Positions 1 to 9,628 of a stretch of DNA of 44,148 bases are shown piece by piece. The notes under the pieces were generated by a model. The model was not told where the DNA came from. It worked only from the letters and a program-made list of their open reading frames with translations, and ran no database searches. The stretch covers positions 11,801-55,948 of the forward strand of contig MHHS01000032.1 in NCBI GenBank assembly GCA_001817115.1, in the 5' to 3' direction. The stretch is from Candidatus Andersenbacteria bacterium RIFCSPHIGHO2_12_FULL_45_11b (GTDB taxonomy: Bacteria > Patescibacteriota > Andersenbacteria > UBA10190). Within the stretch, counting starts at the first letter, position 1. Every line of letters starts with the position of its first letter. The position numbers were made by a program, and so were the translations under genes.

Positions 1-804
1 ATCAAAATCAGAAAATAAGCCATAGATAAATTTTTGCAATTCAGCATCGATGGTTAAAGAAAGGTCTTGTCCTGGAACTGGTCGCTTCTCTCCTAGGTTG
101 GTCTGCTCTTTGCCTGCCGCGTTTACTTCTGTATACGTAAAGCCGTGTTCGCCTCGCAAGGCTGCATCGTATTGCTGTTCAATACCCTGTTTGCCAGTGG
201 TGTCTGTGGCAATCAAGTTTGCGTTATCGTTTAGTTGTTTTGCTGTTACAGGATTCGTGTATCCAAGAACGTGTGCAAGCGATTGGCTGTATAAATATTT
301 GCGAACCAGAGATGACTCCAGAGATGTTCCAAGAATCGTTTGCGCATGTTGCTCCAACGCAAGTACGGTATTATGATCGAGGGCTTTTGCAATAAGAGTT
401 TCTTGTCCTGTTTTTCTTGTTCTAGTTAATGCTGCACGCACTCGATCTGGTTCTACTGATGGCAAAAGTGCAGCAAGGTTGTCTAGTAAATATGATTCGT
501 TTGCAACGCTGGGTAGATGGTTTGGTTTAAATACAAGGTCTGTACTGGAAATATTCTCAACAAGCTGTGTGCGATTGCGATCATAAATAACGCCACGGGG
601 CGCAGGGAGAATAATGCTATCAACTCGATTATGCTCCGCTTTCGCTCGAAACGAAGGGCCTTGCAGTATCTGTAGATATGCACCGCGACAGCCGATGACG
701 AGCAAAATGCCGATCAGTATAATATGCAACAAGCCATACCTCCTCCGCGCTGGCTTTGCAGTGGAGTGTATGTGTTCGATAATGTCGGGTGCCTGCATGT
801 TCAT
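1..804 (-). CDS. mrdA: penicillin-binding protein 2 (elongasome transpeptidase), N-terminal 268 codons; the gene runs off the left edge
   Basis: Not in the ORF track because it runs off the edge. My manual reverse-complement translation is open from ATG 804..802 to position 1: MNMQAPDIIEHIHSTAKPARRRYGLLHIILIGILLVIGCRGAYLQILQGPSFRAKAEHNRV..PRGVIYDRNRTQLV..GKQGIEQQYDAALRGEHGFTYTEVNAAG. It has a TM anchor plus the PBP dimerisation-domain pattern. It starts 2 nt after the mreD stop, in the classic mreBCD-mrdA context. Confidence 0.75.
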   Translation of the reverse strand, partial: MNMQAPDIIEHIHSTAKPARRRYGLLHIILIGILLVIGCRGAYLQILQGPSFRAKAEHNRVDSIILPAPRGVIYDRNRTQLVENISSTDLVFKPNHLPSVANESYLLDNLAALLPSVEPDRVRAALTRTRKTGQETLIAKALDHNTVLALEQHAQTILGTSLESSLVRKYLYSQSLAHVLGYTNPVTAKQLNDNANLIATDTTGKQGIEQQYDAALRGEHGFTYTEVNAAGKEQTNLGEKRPVPGQDLSLTIDAELQKFIYGLFSDFD

Positions 805-806
805 AT

Positions 807-1262
807 TTATGCGGATAGTTCATGCAAGGCAACGGCGAGTCCGTATGAGGCAATGCTTGTGCATATTATTTGCATGCTGGCAATAGGGAGCGGAATCGCA
901 TAAAGCGAAAAAGAGTGCGATATATTTTTTATAGCAATAAGAAAGGTGATTTGCAATGTTACCGTGGCGCATGTCATAAAAAAATACTTCCAAGACAGAT
1001 TTGTTTCAGGGCTTTTCCATAGCCATTGTGTGGCAAATGGCATCATGAATATAATGAGCATGGATCCGAACGGGAGCGTGCTCAAGAGTTCGAATAGAAG
1101 CGCGCTCGTTGCAATAAAGAACACTGGCGCAGGGGCAATGCTTGCGAGTATGATGGCAATTCCTGCTGGAGCAAGAAAAAGCGACACCGTATCGTAGCGG
1201 AATATGTGATGAAGCAACAGCATGCATATGATCGCGATTGTTCCTAAAAAAACCCGTTTCAT
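807..1262 (-). CDS. mreD: rod shape-determining protein MreD-like polytopic membrane protein
   Basis: 151 aa and very hydrophobic, with several predicted TM helices. Its ATG overlaps the mreC stop as ATGA, and it sits between mreC and PBP2. Confidence 0.55.
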   Translation of the reverse strand: MKRVFLGTIAIICMLLLHHIFRYDTVSLFLAPAGIAIILASIAPAPVFFIATSALLFELLSTLPFGSMLIIFMMPFATQWLWKSPETNLSWKYFFMTCATVTLQITFLIAIKNISHSFSLYAIPLPIASMQIICTSIASYGLAVALHELSA

Positions 1263-2023
1263 TTTGGGGCAAGTACTGTTACTGCTTTCACGGAATCGAT
1301 TGCGTATGGCAGCTCGATCGCTGCTTTCTGGTATGCTTCGTTCTCTGGTTTGCGTACAGAGGAGACAGCTCCCACCACTATTCCGTATGGGATTTGCTGG
1401 CCATTGCTGGTAGTAACAATGTTTTGTCCTGGAGATATTTCAGCATCTCTTGGAATCGTTTCCATGGAAAGCGATGTTTGAAAAAGGCTTATTAGAAGTC
1501 CTTGTGCGGGAGGTATTTCAGAATCTTTTGTTACTGTCTCTACTGTAATTGATGTATCTGGGTGAAATACTGTTTGTACGATTGCGGAATGCAGCGATAA
1601 TTGAGATACAAATCCTAGTAGTGCAGATCCGTGTACCACTACCACGTTGCCCGTTCCAATACCATCCGCAATGCCCTTGTTAATAACGTATTGCGCTTGC
1701 AGGGTGTCTATGGGCCTGCTGATTACATGCGCGGATATCTTGTGCATAGAATCGAATGCCGGAGCGGCTAGTTGGTCTCGAAGGCGCGCATAGTCTGCCA
1801 GCTCGCTTGTGAGCCGTATATTCTCAAGCGTAAGTCGTTTGAGTTGTTCTTCAGTTGATTGTGATGGCGAAGAGTCAGGAATGCGAAACACCTTCGATAC
1901 AACCCATATGATCTGGTCCCATGTGCGGTTTCTTGCATGTTGCATGATCGGCGTGAAGAACAATCCGGCAATAAGCAATGTGAGTCCGAATGCAGAGAGG
2001 GCGATAACAGCTGACTTTCTCAT
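1259..2023 (-). CDS. mreC: rod shape-determining protein MreC
   Basis: 254 aa with an N-terminal TM helix, a coiled coil (EEQLKRLTLENIRLTSELADYARLRDQL) and a beta-rich C-terminal domain. It lies directly downstream of mreB. Confidence 0.8.
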   Translation of the reverse strand: MRKSAVIALSAFGLTLLIAGLFFTPIMQHARNRTWDQIIWVVSKVFRIPDSSPSQSTEEQLKRLTLENIRLTSELADYARLRDQLAAPAFDSMHKISAHVISRPIDTLQAQYVINKGIADGIGTGNVVVVHGSALLGFVSQLSLHSAIVQTVFHPDTSITVETVTKDSEIPPAQGLLISLFQTSLSMETIPRDAEISPGQNIVTTSNGQQIPYGIVVGAVSSVRKPENEAYQKAAIELPYAIDSVKAVTVLAPK

Positions 2024-2032
2024 GTTCTTATA

Positions 2033-3091
2033 TTACTTGATCTTTGATCCGTGCACACTTGGCAATAACACTTCTTGTACGGCTTCAATGTCTTCTAGCA
2101 CGATACCTGTGCCTCGTACTACGGCAGTAAGCGGATCATCTGTAATATGGGTTCGTATTTGTGTGGCATCTGTGATAACGTCCGCAAGTCCTCGAAGCAA
2201 TGCTCCTCCGCCCGCCAGATAAATGCCCTGCTCAATAATGTCTGAGAGCAATTCAGGGGGAGTTTCCTCAATACATGCCCGTATAGCATCAACGATAATG
2301 CTGATAGAACGCTGCATTGCTTCTTTTGCCTGCGCGCCATTCATTACTACTTCTTTTGGCAAGCCGGTTACTAAGTCTCTTCCGCGGATCGGTGCTTCCA
2401 AGATTTCCATCGTATCCGTTGCGGAGCCAATACGAATTTTAATTTCTTCTGCAGTGCGTTCGCCGATTAACATGTTGAAATTATTGCGTGCGTATTGAAT
2501 TATATTTTCATTCAATTCATCGCCGGCAATTCGGAGCGTACGATTGGCTACGATCCCTCCTAGCGCAATAACGGATATCTCGGAAGTTCCTCCCCCGATA
2601 TCAACAATGATATTTCCCGTAGCTTCATGAATCGGCAATCGCGATCCGATAGCTGCTGCCATAGATTCTTCAATTAAAAATACTGCTCGTGCACCCGCGC
2701 GAAGGCTTGCTTCTTCAACAGCTCTTCGCTCCACTTCCGTAACGGAAGATGGAATGCCGATAACGACTCTTGGACGCGGCAGGAAATGAAATCCGTCTTC
2801 ATGTACTTTCTGAATGAAGTAAGAAAGCATTTGTTCTGTTACTTCAAAATCAGAGATAACACCGTGGCGCAAAGGGCGAATCGCGACAATGTGCGCTGGT
2901 GTTTTTCCAACCATGCGCTGCGCCTCTTTGCCGATTGCTAGAACCTCGTTTGTTTTTTTATTGATTGCAACTACGGAAGGTTCGTTAATAACAACGCCCT
3001 TTCCGCGCACGTACACGAGCGTATTTGCGGTGCCAAGATCGATACCGATATCTTGGGAGAATCGGCCGAAGAAATTATTTACGAACCCCAT
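2033..3091 (-). CDS. mreB: actin-like rod shape protein MreB
   Basis: 352 aa. Hallmark motifs are present: DIGIDLGTANTLVYVRGKGVVINEPSVVAI, DIGGGTSEISVIALGGIV and GIYLAGGGALLRGL. Confidence 0.97.
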   Translation of the reverse strand: MGFVNNFFGRFSQDIGIDLGTANTLVYVRGKGVVINEPSVVAINKKTNEVLAIGKEAQRMVGKTPAHIVAIRPLRHGVISDFEVTEQMLSYFIQKVHEDGFHFLPRPRVVIGIPSSVTEVERRAVEEASLRAGARAVFLIEESMAAAIGSRLPIHEATGNIIVDIGGGTSEISVIALGGIVANRTLRIAGDELNENIIQYARNNFNMLIGERTAEEIKIRIGSATDTMEILEAPIRGRDLVTGLPKEVVMNGAQAKEAMQRSISIIVDAIRACIEETPPELLSDIIEQGIYLAGGGALLRGLADVITDATQIRTHITDDPLTAVVRGTGIVLEDIEAVQEVLLPSVHGSKIK

Positions 3092-3095
3092 ATGC

Positions 3096-4325
3096 TCACT
3101 GCTTTAATCGGGCTATACAAGGTGCAATATCAAGTAAAGTTGATTCAGGCGAGGTTCGCTCTTTGAGCTCCACTTGCCTGTTTGTTTTTTTAGATACTAC
3201 AATGCGGTACGGTATGCCCAATAAATCGGCGTCGGAAAATTTTGCTCCCGGGGCTATGTTCCGATCGTCATACAGCGTTTCAATACCTGCTTTAGTTAAT
3301 TCCTCGTATGCTGCATCTGCCTGTTGTTTAATTTCTTCATCGTCGATGTTCAGGCCAGCCAAGTATATGGTAAACGGTGCTACGCTCTTCGGCCATATGA
3401 TGCCCTTTTCGTCATGGAATTTTTCAACCAATACGCCCATTAAACGCGAAGTGCCGATGCCGTAAGATCCCATGTATACAATCTGCTGCTTCCCCTCTTT
3501 GTTTGTATACGTATAGTCGAACGCTTTTGAAAATTTCGTATTAAGTGGAAAAATATTCCCTATTTCCGAGGCATTGTGTTGAGTAAAGTCGCCATCTTTT
3601 GGGGCAACTTCTTTATTGAACGCTTCTCCTGTTTTATTGTCGATACAGATAACATCTTCCCCGGATTCGCAAATAGCCTGAAATTCATGAGAAAATCCCG
3701 TAGTAAAATCTCCACCCGATGCCTTTGTTATTTTAGTGTCTTCCCAAATGCCGAGTCGCTTAAAGACGTTCATATATGCAATTTTTGCCGTTTCGTAAAA
3801 TGCGAGCAAGTCTTCTTCGCTTGTATGAAAGCTGTACAAGTCTTTCATGCGGAATTCTCTGCCTCGCATCAAGCCCGATTTCGCTCTTTCTTCATTGCGG
3901 AATTTTGTTTGAATTTGATAGACGGCAAAGGGAAAATCTTTATAGCTAAGTCGTCTCTTTTTTGCCAGCGGAGTAACGATTTCTTCGTGGGTTGAATTAA
4001 GAATGTATCGTCCGTCATTTCTTTTTCTTGATGCATCATTTGCACCCCGTGCTTCAAAAAGCACATCAATATCTGTTCGGCCGGTTGTTTCCCATAGCTC
4101 GACAGGAGAAAGCGCCGGCATAAGAAGTTCTGAGGCAATTGTGTCCATTTCTTCCCGTACAATATTTTCAATCTTATTTAGTACCCGCAAGCCGATCGGT
4201 AAGAACGTATACACTCCTGACATAGTTTGATCTATGAAACCGCCTTTTTGCAGAAGTGTAGCGTTTATAGAGTCAAGCTCTTTTGCATCTTTATTTGTAT
4301 GGAGAAAATATTGAGAGTATTTCAT
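3096..4325 (-). CDS. proS: prolyl-tRNA synthetase, short form
   Basis: 409 aa. Class II aaRS ProRS signatures are present: GGFIDQTMSGVYTFLPIGLRVLNKIENIVREEM, FRNEERAKSGLMRGREFRMKD and a C-terminal anticodon-binding domain. At 409 aa there is no room for the INS editing domain. Confidence 0.93.
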   Translation of the reverse strand: MKYSQYFLHTNKDAKELDSINATLLQKGGFIDQTMSGVYTFLPIGLRVLNKIENIVREEMDTIASELLMPALSPVELWETTGRTDIDVLFEARGANDASRKRNDGRYILNSTHEEIVTPLAKKRRLSYKDFPFAVYQIQTKFRNEERAKSGLMRGREFRMKDLYSFHTSEEDLLAFYETAKIAYMNVFKRLGIWEDTKITKASGGDFTTGFSHEFQAICESGEDVICIDNKTGEAFNKEVAPKDGDFTQHNASEIGNIFPLNTKFSKAFDYTYTNKEGKQQIVYMGSYGIGTSRLMGVLVEKFHDEKGIIWPKSVAPFTIYLAGLNIDDEEIKQQADAAYEELTKAGIETLYDDRNIAPGAKFSDADLLGIPYRIVVSKKTNRQVELKERTSPESTLLDIAPCIARLKQ

Positions 4326-4328
4326 ACG

Positions 4329-5405
4329 CTAGAAATAGTGACGAATGTCTTTGAAAGTAATAAAAAGCATTAGCCCAATAAGCGCGATGAAGCCGATTGT
4401 ATGAGCATATTGCTCAACGGATGCGGTTCGTTTTCTGCCTGCCAATTTTTCAATCCCCACAAACAAAATGCGCCCGCCGTCTAATGCCGGAATCGGCAAA
4501 ATGTTGATAATTGCCAAGTTGATGCTGATCATTGCAGCAAACTCGAGAAAATACGACAATCCCATAGTAACTGCCTGCTTCGTGTAGATAGCAATGCCGA
4601 TCGGCCCTGTAAGGGCTTGGCCTACTGATTGATGTTCGAATAATTTTGCAATAAGAATTCCGAATTGACTCACGATAGCCCAGATCATAATGCCTGTTCG
4701 CTCAATACCTTTGATTGGAGCAAGCCACAACGGAGTTTTTTCTAGTCCCGTTTCACTAAGGCTGATGCCAAGAGCGCCCTGGCCTTCAGGAGGATTGATG
4801 CGTGGGGTTACTATCACATCGATATCTTGACCATTTCTATCTAAGGAAATATGAAGGGGGCTACCTGCGTGGTCGCGGGTAATTTGCTGAACTGCCGTAA
4901 GAGAGGGGTCTTGTATTCCTTCGATGCTGATAATGTGATCGTATATCTGCATGCCAGCTTCTTGTGCAGGAGATCCTGGAATAATTTCAACAGCGTATGT
5001 TTTAATATCCGTTAAGGTTCCCATATTTTTATCTGTAACAAGCGTTGGCGCTCCAATAGCGCTTTCGATTGTGAGAAGAAAAGCTGCAAACAAAAGATTC
5101 ATGCCAACTCCCGCAGATAAAATTGCAATGCGCCAAAGTGCAGACTTGCTGGCGAAGCTGGTTGGTGAAGAAGAAGTCTCATCCATGTTTTCTCCTTCAA
5201 TTTTTACAAACCCGCCGATGGGAAACAGATTCAGCGAATAGAGCGTACCTCTCCATTTTTTAGACAGCAGCCTTGGTGGAAAACCGAATCCGAATTCTTC
5301 GACGGTGCACCCTGCTTTTTTTGCAACAAAGAAATGACCCCATTCATGCACCAGCACGAGGACTAATAGCATAGCTATAAAAATAGCGATGATGAGGATA
5401 GACAT
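4329..5405 (-). CDS. rseP: site-2 (M50) zinc metalloprotease RseP/RasP family
   Basis: 358 aa. It has HEWGH (HExxH) in the first TM helix, a central PDZ-like segment, and the C-terminal LDGG motif (PIPALDGGRI). Confidence 0.9.
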   Translation of the reverse strand: MSILIIAIFIAMLLVLVLVHEWGHFFVAKKAGCTVEEFGFGFPPRLLSKKWRGTLYSLNLFPIGGFVKIEGENMDETSSSPTSFASKSALWRIAILSAGVGMNLLFAAFLLTIESAIGAPTLVTDKNMGTLTDIKTYAVEIIPGSPAQEAGMQIYDHIISIEGIQDPSLTAVQQITRDHAGSPLHISLDRNGQDIDVIVTPRINPPEGQGALGISLSETGLEKTPLWLAPIKGIERTGIMIWAIVSQFGILIAKLFEHQSVGQALTGPIGIAIYTKQAVTMGLSYFLEFAAMISINLAIINILPIPALDGGRILFVGIEKLAGRKRTASVEQYAHTIGFIALIGLMLFITFKDIRHYF

Positions 5406-5465
5406 ATCCCTAAGCGTATCTTGAAACGTTCCTCGGCGCTAGTGGAATAAGGCGGTCTTTTTAGG

Positions 5466-5497
5466 TAAAAAACACCCCCGGGAATGTTGCCTGGGGG
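5466..5497 (-). terminator. rho-independent terminator downstream of the Clp_N-like gene
   Basis: The minus strand reads CCCCCAGGcaacattCCCGGGGG followed by TGTTTTTT, immediately after the TAG stop at 5508-5510. Confidence 0.6.
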
Positions 5498-5507
5498 TTG
5501 GGTGAGG

Positions 5508-6014
5508 CTATCTTTGCTTCTTGTATTGCGGAAGGCTACGGAAGCGGCGCTTGCGGGCTCCTTGTCGTACGGTTGGGCTTAAACACTGCTCGCGAACTGT
5601 TTCCAAGAATTGCTTTTCCTGGCTGCGGTTGGCAAATAGCTTGATCACCGTGCGGCTTCTCAAGAGCTCAACAATCACATCTTCTAGCAGAACAAAATTA
5701 CGGGCAGACTTGACGGCTCGCAAACGTGCGTCTTTGAGCAACTGCTGAACGGCGATTGAATTGGTCGCGCCATTTTTTTCGGGTAAATCGTTAGGCACTT
5801 CCAATGTATCGCAGATGACACTAAAGATCGACTCCAGCTGCGGACTTCTTTCCTGTTGCATGAGAATTCTTCGTTGGTATTCACGGAGCTTTCCGAACGC
5901 TCCGTACACAACATGCTGCAGTTCTATATGCTCCGCATTTTTGGCATGCGCGAATTGACTCGCAGCGTCCAATGCTTCACACAGAAAGCTTGCAGGAATT
6001 CTTTTCAACGTCAT
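5508..6014 (-). CDS. small protein with a Clp N-terminal (Clp_N/R-domain)-like double repeat
   Basis: I take the start at internal ATG 6014 because it is preceded by AAGGA; the track ORF extends to 6083. Two repeats resemble Clp_N repeats: LDAASQFAHAKNAEHIELQHVVYGA and AVKSARNFVLLEDVIVELL. This call rests on recognition only. Confidence 0.45.
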   Translation of the reverse strand: MTLKRIPASFLCEALDAASQFAHAKNAEHIELQHVVYGAFGKLREYQRRILMQQERSPQLESIFSVICDTLEVPNDLPEKNGATNSIAVQQLLKDARLRAVKSARNFVLLEDVIVELLRSRTVIKLFANRSQEKQFLETVREQCLSPTVRQGARKRRFRSLPQYKKQR

Positions 6015-6108
6015 GCGTTTTCCTTCAGTTTGAGAACGAACAAAGGTAAAGACCTCATATCTATATACGAGGTTGAAAAGCATTTGTCAATAAATTTTGA
6101 CAAGTTTC

Positions 6109-6669
6109 TTAAATTGTCTTGATCTCCTGCTCTTTGGAAGTAACTCGTGTTTGCAGTTCTTCTTGGGCCTTGCCAATTAAATCATCTAAATGCTTCTTTC
6201 CGCCATAAAAATCATCTTCTGAAAGCTTGCCTGCTTCTTTTTCATTCTTGAGGTATTTGAGCGCTTCATCCCTTCCTTTGCGCATCCGGATGCGCGTTTC
6301 CTCTGCTTTGGCGTGGAGAGCTTTGATTGTCTGATTGCGAACTTCTTCGGTAAGCGATTGAAACGCTAACCGCAACACTGCTCCATCGATTGTTGGCATT
6401 ACGCCTACATTCGCTTCGACAATGGCTTTCTCTATTGCGGGAATTGTGCTTTTATCCCACGGAGATACTACCAGCGTCCGCGCATCCATGTTAGAAACGG
6501 AAGCAACGGCCTTTATAGGGTTTCGCGATCCATATACTTCAACGGAAATATCTTCAATAATTGCCGGCTTTACTCTGCCAGAACGAAGCCCGGAAATTTC
6601 ACTTTCAAACCACCCGAATGCTTCAAGCTGTGTTTCTGCAAATAGCTCCTCTGCGTGTTTTATTGGCAT
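6109..6669 (-). CDS. frr: ribosome recycling factor
   Basis: 186 aa with a typical RRF sequence: LRSGRVKPAIIEDISVEVYGSRNPIKAVASVSNMDARTLVVSPWDKS...IRMRKGRDEALKYLK. Confidence 0.95.
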   Translation of the reverse strand: MPIKHAEELFAETQLEAFGWFESEISGLRSGRVKPAIIEDISVEVYGSRNPIKAVASVSNMDARTLVVSPWDKSTIPAIEKAIVEANVGVMPTIDGAVLRLAFQSLTEEVRNQTIKALHAKAEETRIRMRKGRDEALKYLKNEKEAGKLSEDDFYGGKKHLDDLIGKAQEELQTRVTSKEQEIKTI

Positions 6670-6671
6670 AT

Positions 6672-7385
6672 CTATACTATAGTATTTCTTAATTCTGCCA
6701 AAGACGCAAGGAGAATATCGGATGCCAGCTTGATGTTTCCGCCGGGAATTTTTTGTGTACGATAGTACTCTTTGAGCCGCAGTGCCATGCGCGCAAGCGC
6801 CGAATTCGATCCATATTGCGCTGCATAGCCATGCATGATGCGCGCAATATCTGTTAGCTCCTCCTCTGAATATGCGCTGCTCGGTCGAATCGCGGAATAT
6901 GTTGCAATGCGCTGCGGAAGATCAATATCATCGTCCATAATTTGCTCAGGCGCAAGAGGTAGTATGAGGCAGCGGGATTTAATAGTTGCAAGTATGCTTC
7001 GTTTTGCAGGTGCGCCGAGTAAAAAACGCGTGGTTGTTCCCGACTCTTCAAGTGTTTTAAGTAGCATATTTGCTGATTCCGGAAGCAGCTGCTCTGCGCG
7101 AGGAATGCACACGATGCGCTTGCCGGATATTGGGCGCGATGCGATAGTTAGTTTGAGTTGTTTGATATCTGCAACGGTAATAGTATTTTTTTCTGCCACA
7201 ATGCGTATTGTATCGGGATGGTTGCCTGCTTGCGACTGCTTGCCTGGCATAGCGTGCTGTATTGCAAAGTCGCACAATTCTTGTATGTCCGTATCGCTAT
7301 GCGAAACTGCCAGTATCGGTTGTTCTGCATGCGCTGAATCAATCCAAGAAGCTATGTGATTGCGTACAGTATCTGTGATACTCAT
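6672..7385 (-). CDS. holB: DNA polymerase III delta-prime-like clamp-loader subunit
   Basis: I take the start at ATG 7385, which overlaps the secF stop as ATGA; the longer track ORF overlaps secF. Motifs NMLLKTLEESGTTTRFLL and TIKSRC (SRC) are present, and there is no Walker A, as expected for delta-prime. Confidence 0.7.
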   Translation of the reverse strand: MSITDTVRNHIASWIDSAHAEQPILAVSHSDTDIQELCDFAIQHAMPGKQSQAGNHPDTIRIVAEKNTITVADIKQLKLTIASRPISGKRIVCIPRAEQLLPESANMLLKTLEESGTTTRFLLGAPAKRSILATIKSRCLILPLAPEQIMDDDIDLPQRIATYSAIRPSSAYSEEELTDIARIMHGYAAQYGSNSALARMALRLKEYYRTQKIPGGNIKLASDILLASLAELRNTIV

Positions 7386-8254
7386 TTTCGTTTCGAGATG
7401 TAGTACAGTAGCGGAGGCGCTACAAAGATAGAAGAATATACTCCGGTAAGCACACCGATAATGAGCGCAACGATGAACCAGCGGATAGATGCTCCGCCAA
7501 AAACCAGCGCTGCTGCTAGCGATAGCAGCGTGGTAAGCATGGTGTTTATTGATCGGCCCATCGTTGCAATAAGCGCGCGATCGATGACTTCTAAAAAGCT
7601 TTTTCCGCGGAGCGCTAGCCATTCTGATCGCAATCGGTCGAAGATAACGATCGTATCGTTTACGGAATATCCAAGAATGGCCAATTGGGCTGTTACGAAG
7701 AGCGTATCAATTTCTGCGCCCCATATTTTTCCAAACACCACAAAACATGCAGTTACTAAAAACAAGTCATGGATCAGCGCATAGATAGCGGCCACACCGA
7801 ATTTCCATGGCGCCATAAGCCCGCCTGTACTTCGGAAGGTGTATGCCAAATAGATGATCATGGCCACAAGCACCACGCCGATTGCCTGGATGGATTTAGT
7901 GCGAAGTTCTTTCCCGATAGTCGGGCCGATTTGCTCGAAGCTGATTTCGTTTTCACGCAAGATATTTGCCTCTCGAAGCGCAGTGATGATTTCTGCATGT
8001 TGCTTATCGTCAATTAATGATGTCTTAATGCGGATTGTTCCGTCTTGCGTTCCTTCTGTTTGAGCGGAAAGTTGGAATTTGCTCGCCAGTAGCTCCTTCG
8101 CTTTCGGCGCATCCTGCGCATTCGCCTGAATTTCAATAGATGATCCCCCGATAAAATCAATTCCCCAGTTCGGTTTTATAATTACAATAATGAGCGTGCT
8201 TGCAATAATTGTTGCTGCAGATATCGTCATCCAGATTTTAGGATTCTTCATCAT
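7382..8254 (-). CDS. secF: protein translocase subunit SecF
   Basis: I take the start at ATG 8254 (MMKNPKIWMTISAAT..), 2 nt after the secD stop; the track ORF is over-extended into secD. The SecD/SecF C-terminal 6-TM domain is present (YSVNDTIVIFDRLRSE). Confidence 0.9.
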   Translation of the reverse strand: MMKNPKIWMTISAATIIASTLIIVIIKPNWGIDFIGGSSIEIQANAQDAPKAKELLASKFQLSAQTEGTQDGTIRIKTSLIDDKQHAEIITALREANILRENEISFEQIGPTIGKELRTKSIQAIGVVLVAMIIYLAYTFRSTGGLMAPWKFGVAAIYALIHDLFLVTACFVVFGKIWGAEIDTLFVTAQLAILGYSVNDTIVIFDRLRSEWLALRGKSFLEVIDRALIATMGRSINTMLTTLLSLAAALVFGGASIRWFIVALIIGVLTGVYSSIFVAPPLLYYISKRK

Positions 8255-8256
8255 GG

Positions 8257-9606
8257 TTAGGTAGTGGGTTGTTTTATTGATTTTGCGCCAAGTAAAAATG
8301 ATGTATGCGTTTTTGGATTTGCAAATACAATATTGAGCATGCTTTTGCTGATTGCAATCGCTGTAAACATGGACAAAATAATGCCCAGAGAAAATGTAAG
8401 TGCGAATCCGCGAATAATAGACGTTCCGAACCCATATAACACAAACCCTGTAATAAGACTTGAGATGTTCGATGCGGAAATAGAGCTCCACGCCGCATTA
8501 AATCCTTCTTTTAGCGAGAATGGAACGGTTTTTCCATCTTTAATATTTTCCCGAAATCGTTCGAATATCAAAACGTTTGCGTCAACAGCCATTCCAATAG
8601 ACATAATAAATCCCGCAATTCCGGCAAGCGTAAGCGTTACAGGAATAAGCTTCATAATCGCGAAGAATAGTACTACGTAGATAAGTAATGCAATAGAAGC
8701 AATAACGCCCGGCAGTCGATAACGGAATATCAGCCAAGCAATTACGGCAATAATGCCTACGATGCCCGCTTTTATGCTTTTTGCGATTGCTGTTTGGCCG
8801 AGGCTTGGGTTAATAACACTCTGTCCGATAAGTGCAATTGGCACGGGCAATGCGCCGGAATTTAAATCTCTCACTTTTTGTTTTGCTTCTTCGAGAGTAT
8901 AGCTCCCAGTTATAACGGCTCGCCCATCTGGAATTGCGGATTGAACCGTTGGCGCTTGGTTTAGTTCCCCGTCAATGTAAATTGCCAGTGGCTTTCCGAT
9001 ATTTGCTTTAGTGATTTCTGCAAATAATTTTGTACCATCGCTGTCAAACAACAGCGTTATTTGAGGGGTGCCAGTTACTTGGTCGAATTCAACAGAAGCT
9101 TTTTTTAAATTTTTCCCGGAAAGTCCGGTTGGTATAAATGTGTCGCCGGTAATAGTGTTTGATCCGCTCTCCCCAAGCATTTTTTTAAGTTCATCGGTCG
9201 TTGGTTCTCTGCGAAAATCAAGCGTTGGCGTTTTTCCAATCTGCTGTTTTGCTTCTTCCGGATCCTGGACTCCCGCAAGCTCTACGATAACCCTATATTC
9301 TCCTTGTGCTACGCTCGTTTGGATCAACGGCTCTGATACGCCAAATGCATTTACTCTTCGCTCTATAACATCGCGTACGCCGGCTAGCGCTTCATTAGGG
9401 TCTTGTCCGTTTTTTGTATCCACATTCGCTCGATATTCCAGCCGAGTACCGCCTTTCAAATCAAGGCCGAGCTTTACGTTCAAATCCCTCGTAAATCCGC
9501 CAATTGCAATGCTCGGGTGCTTCGGGCTATCCACCCAAACAGCAAGACCTACTACAATTGCCAGCACAATACCCCATATCAGTGTTTTTCTCGTGCTCCG
9601 TAACAT
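8257..9606 (-). CDS. secD: protein translocase subunit SecD
   Basis: 449 aa. It has an N-terminal TM helix, a periplasmic domain (LGLDLKGGTRLEY) and a C-terminal 6-TM domain (AVDANVLIFERFRE). Confidence 0.9.
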   Translation of the reverse strand: MLRSTRKTLIWGIVLAIVVGLAVWVDSPKHPSIAIGGFTRDLNVKLGLDLKGGTRLEYRANVDTKNGQDPNEALAGVRDVIERRVNAFGVSEPLIQTSVAQGEYRVIVELAGVQDPEEAKQQIGKTPTLDFRREPTTDELKKMLGESGSNTITGDTFIPTGLSGKNLKKASVEFDQVTGTPQITLLFDSDGTKLFAEITKANIGKPLAIYIDGELNQAPTVQSAIPDGRAVITGSYTLEEAKQKVRDLNSGALPVPIALIGQSVINPSLGQTAIAKSIKAGIVGIIAVIAWLIFRYRLPGVIASIALLIYVVLFFAIMKLIPVTLTLAGIAGFIMSIGMAVDANVLIFERFRENIKDGKTVPFSLKEGFNAAWSSISASNISSLITGFVLYGFGTSIIRGFALTFSLGIILSMFTAIAISKSMLNIVFANPKTHTSFLLGAKSIKQPTT

Positions 9607-9628
9607 ACAAAGCTATTTGTACCGTGGA

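Noticed and set aside
7382-8491. Over-extended track ORFs for secF (to 8491), holB (to 7622), the P-loop gene (to 12360), rplQ (to 20304), the Clp_N-like gene (to 6083) and murD (TTG at 39077)
   Set aside because: The extensions overlap the 3' ends of the upstream genes and encode Cys/His/Arg-rich nonsense. Internal ATGs placed right at the upstream stop (ATGA or gaps of a few nt) reproduce the conserved N-termini.
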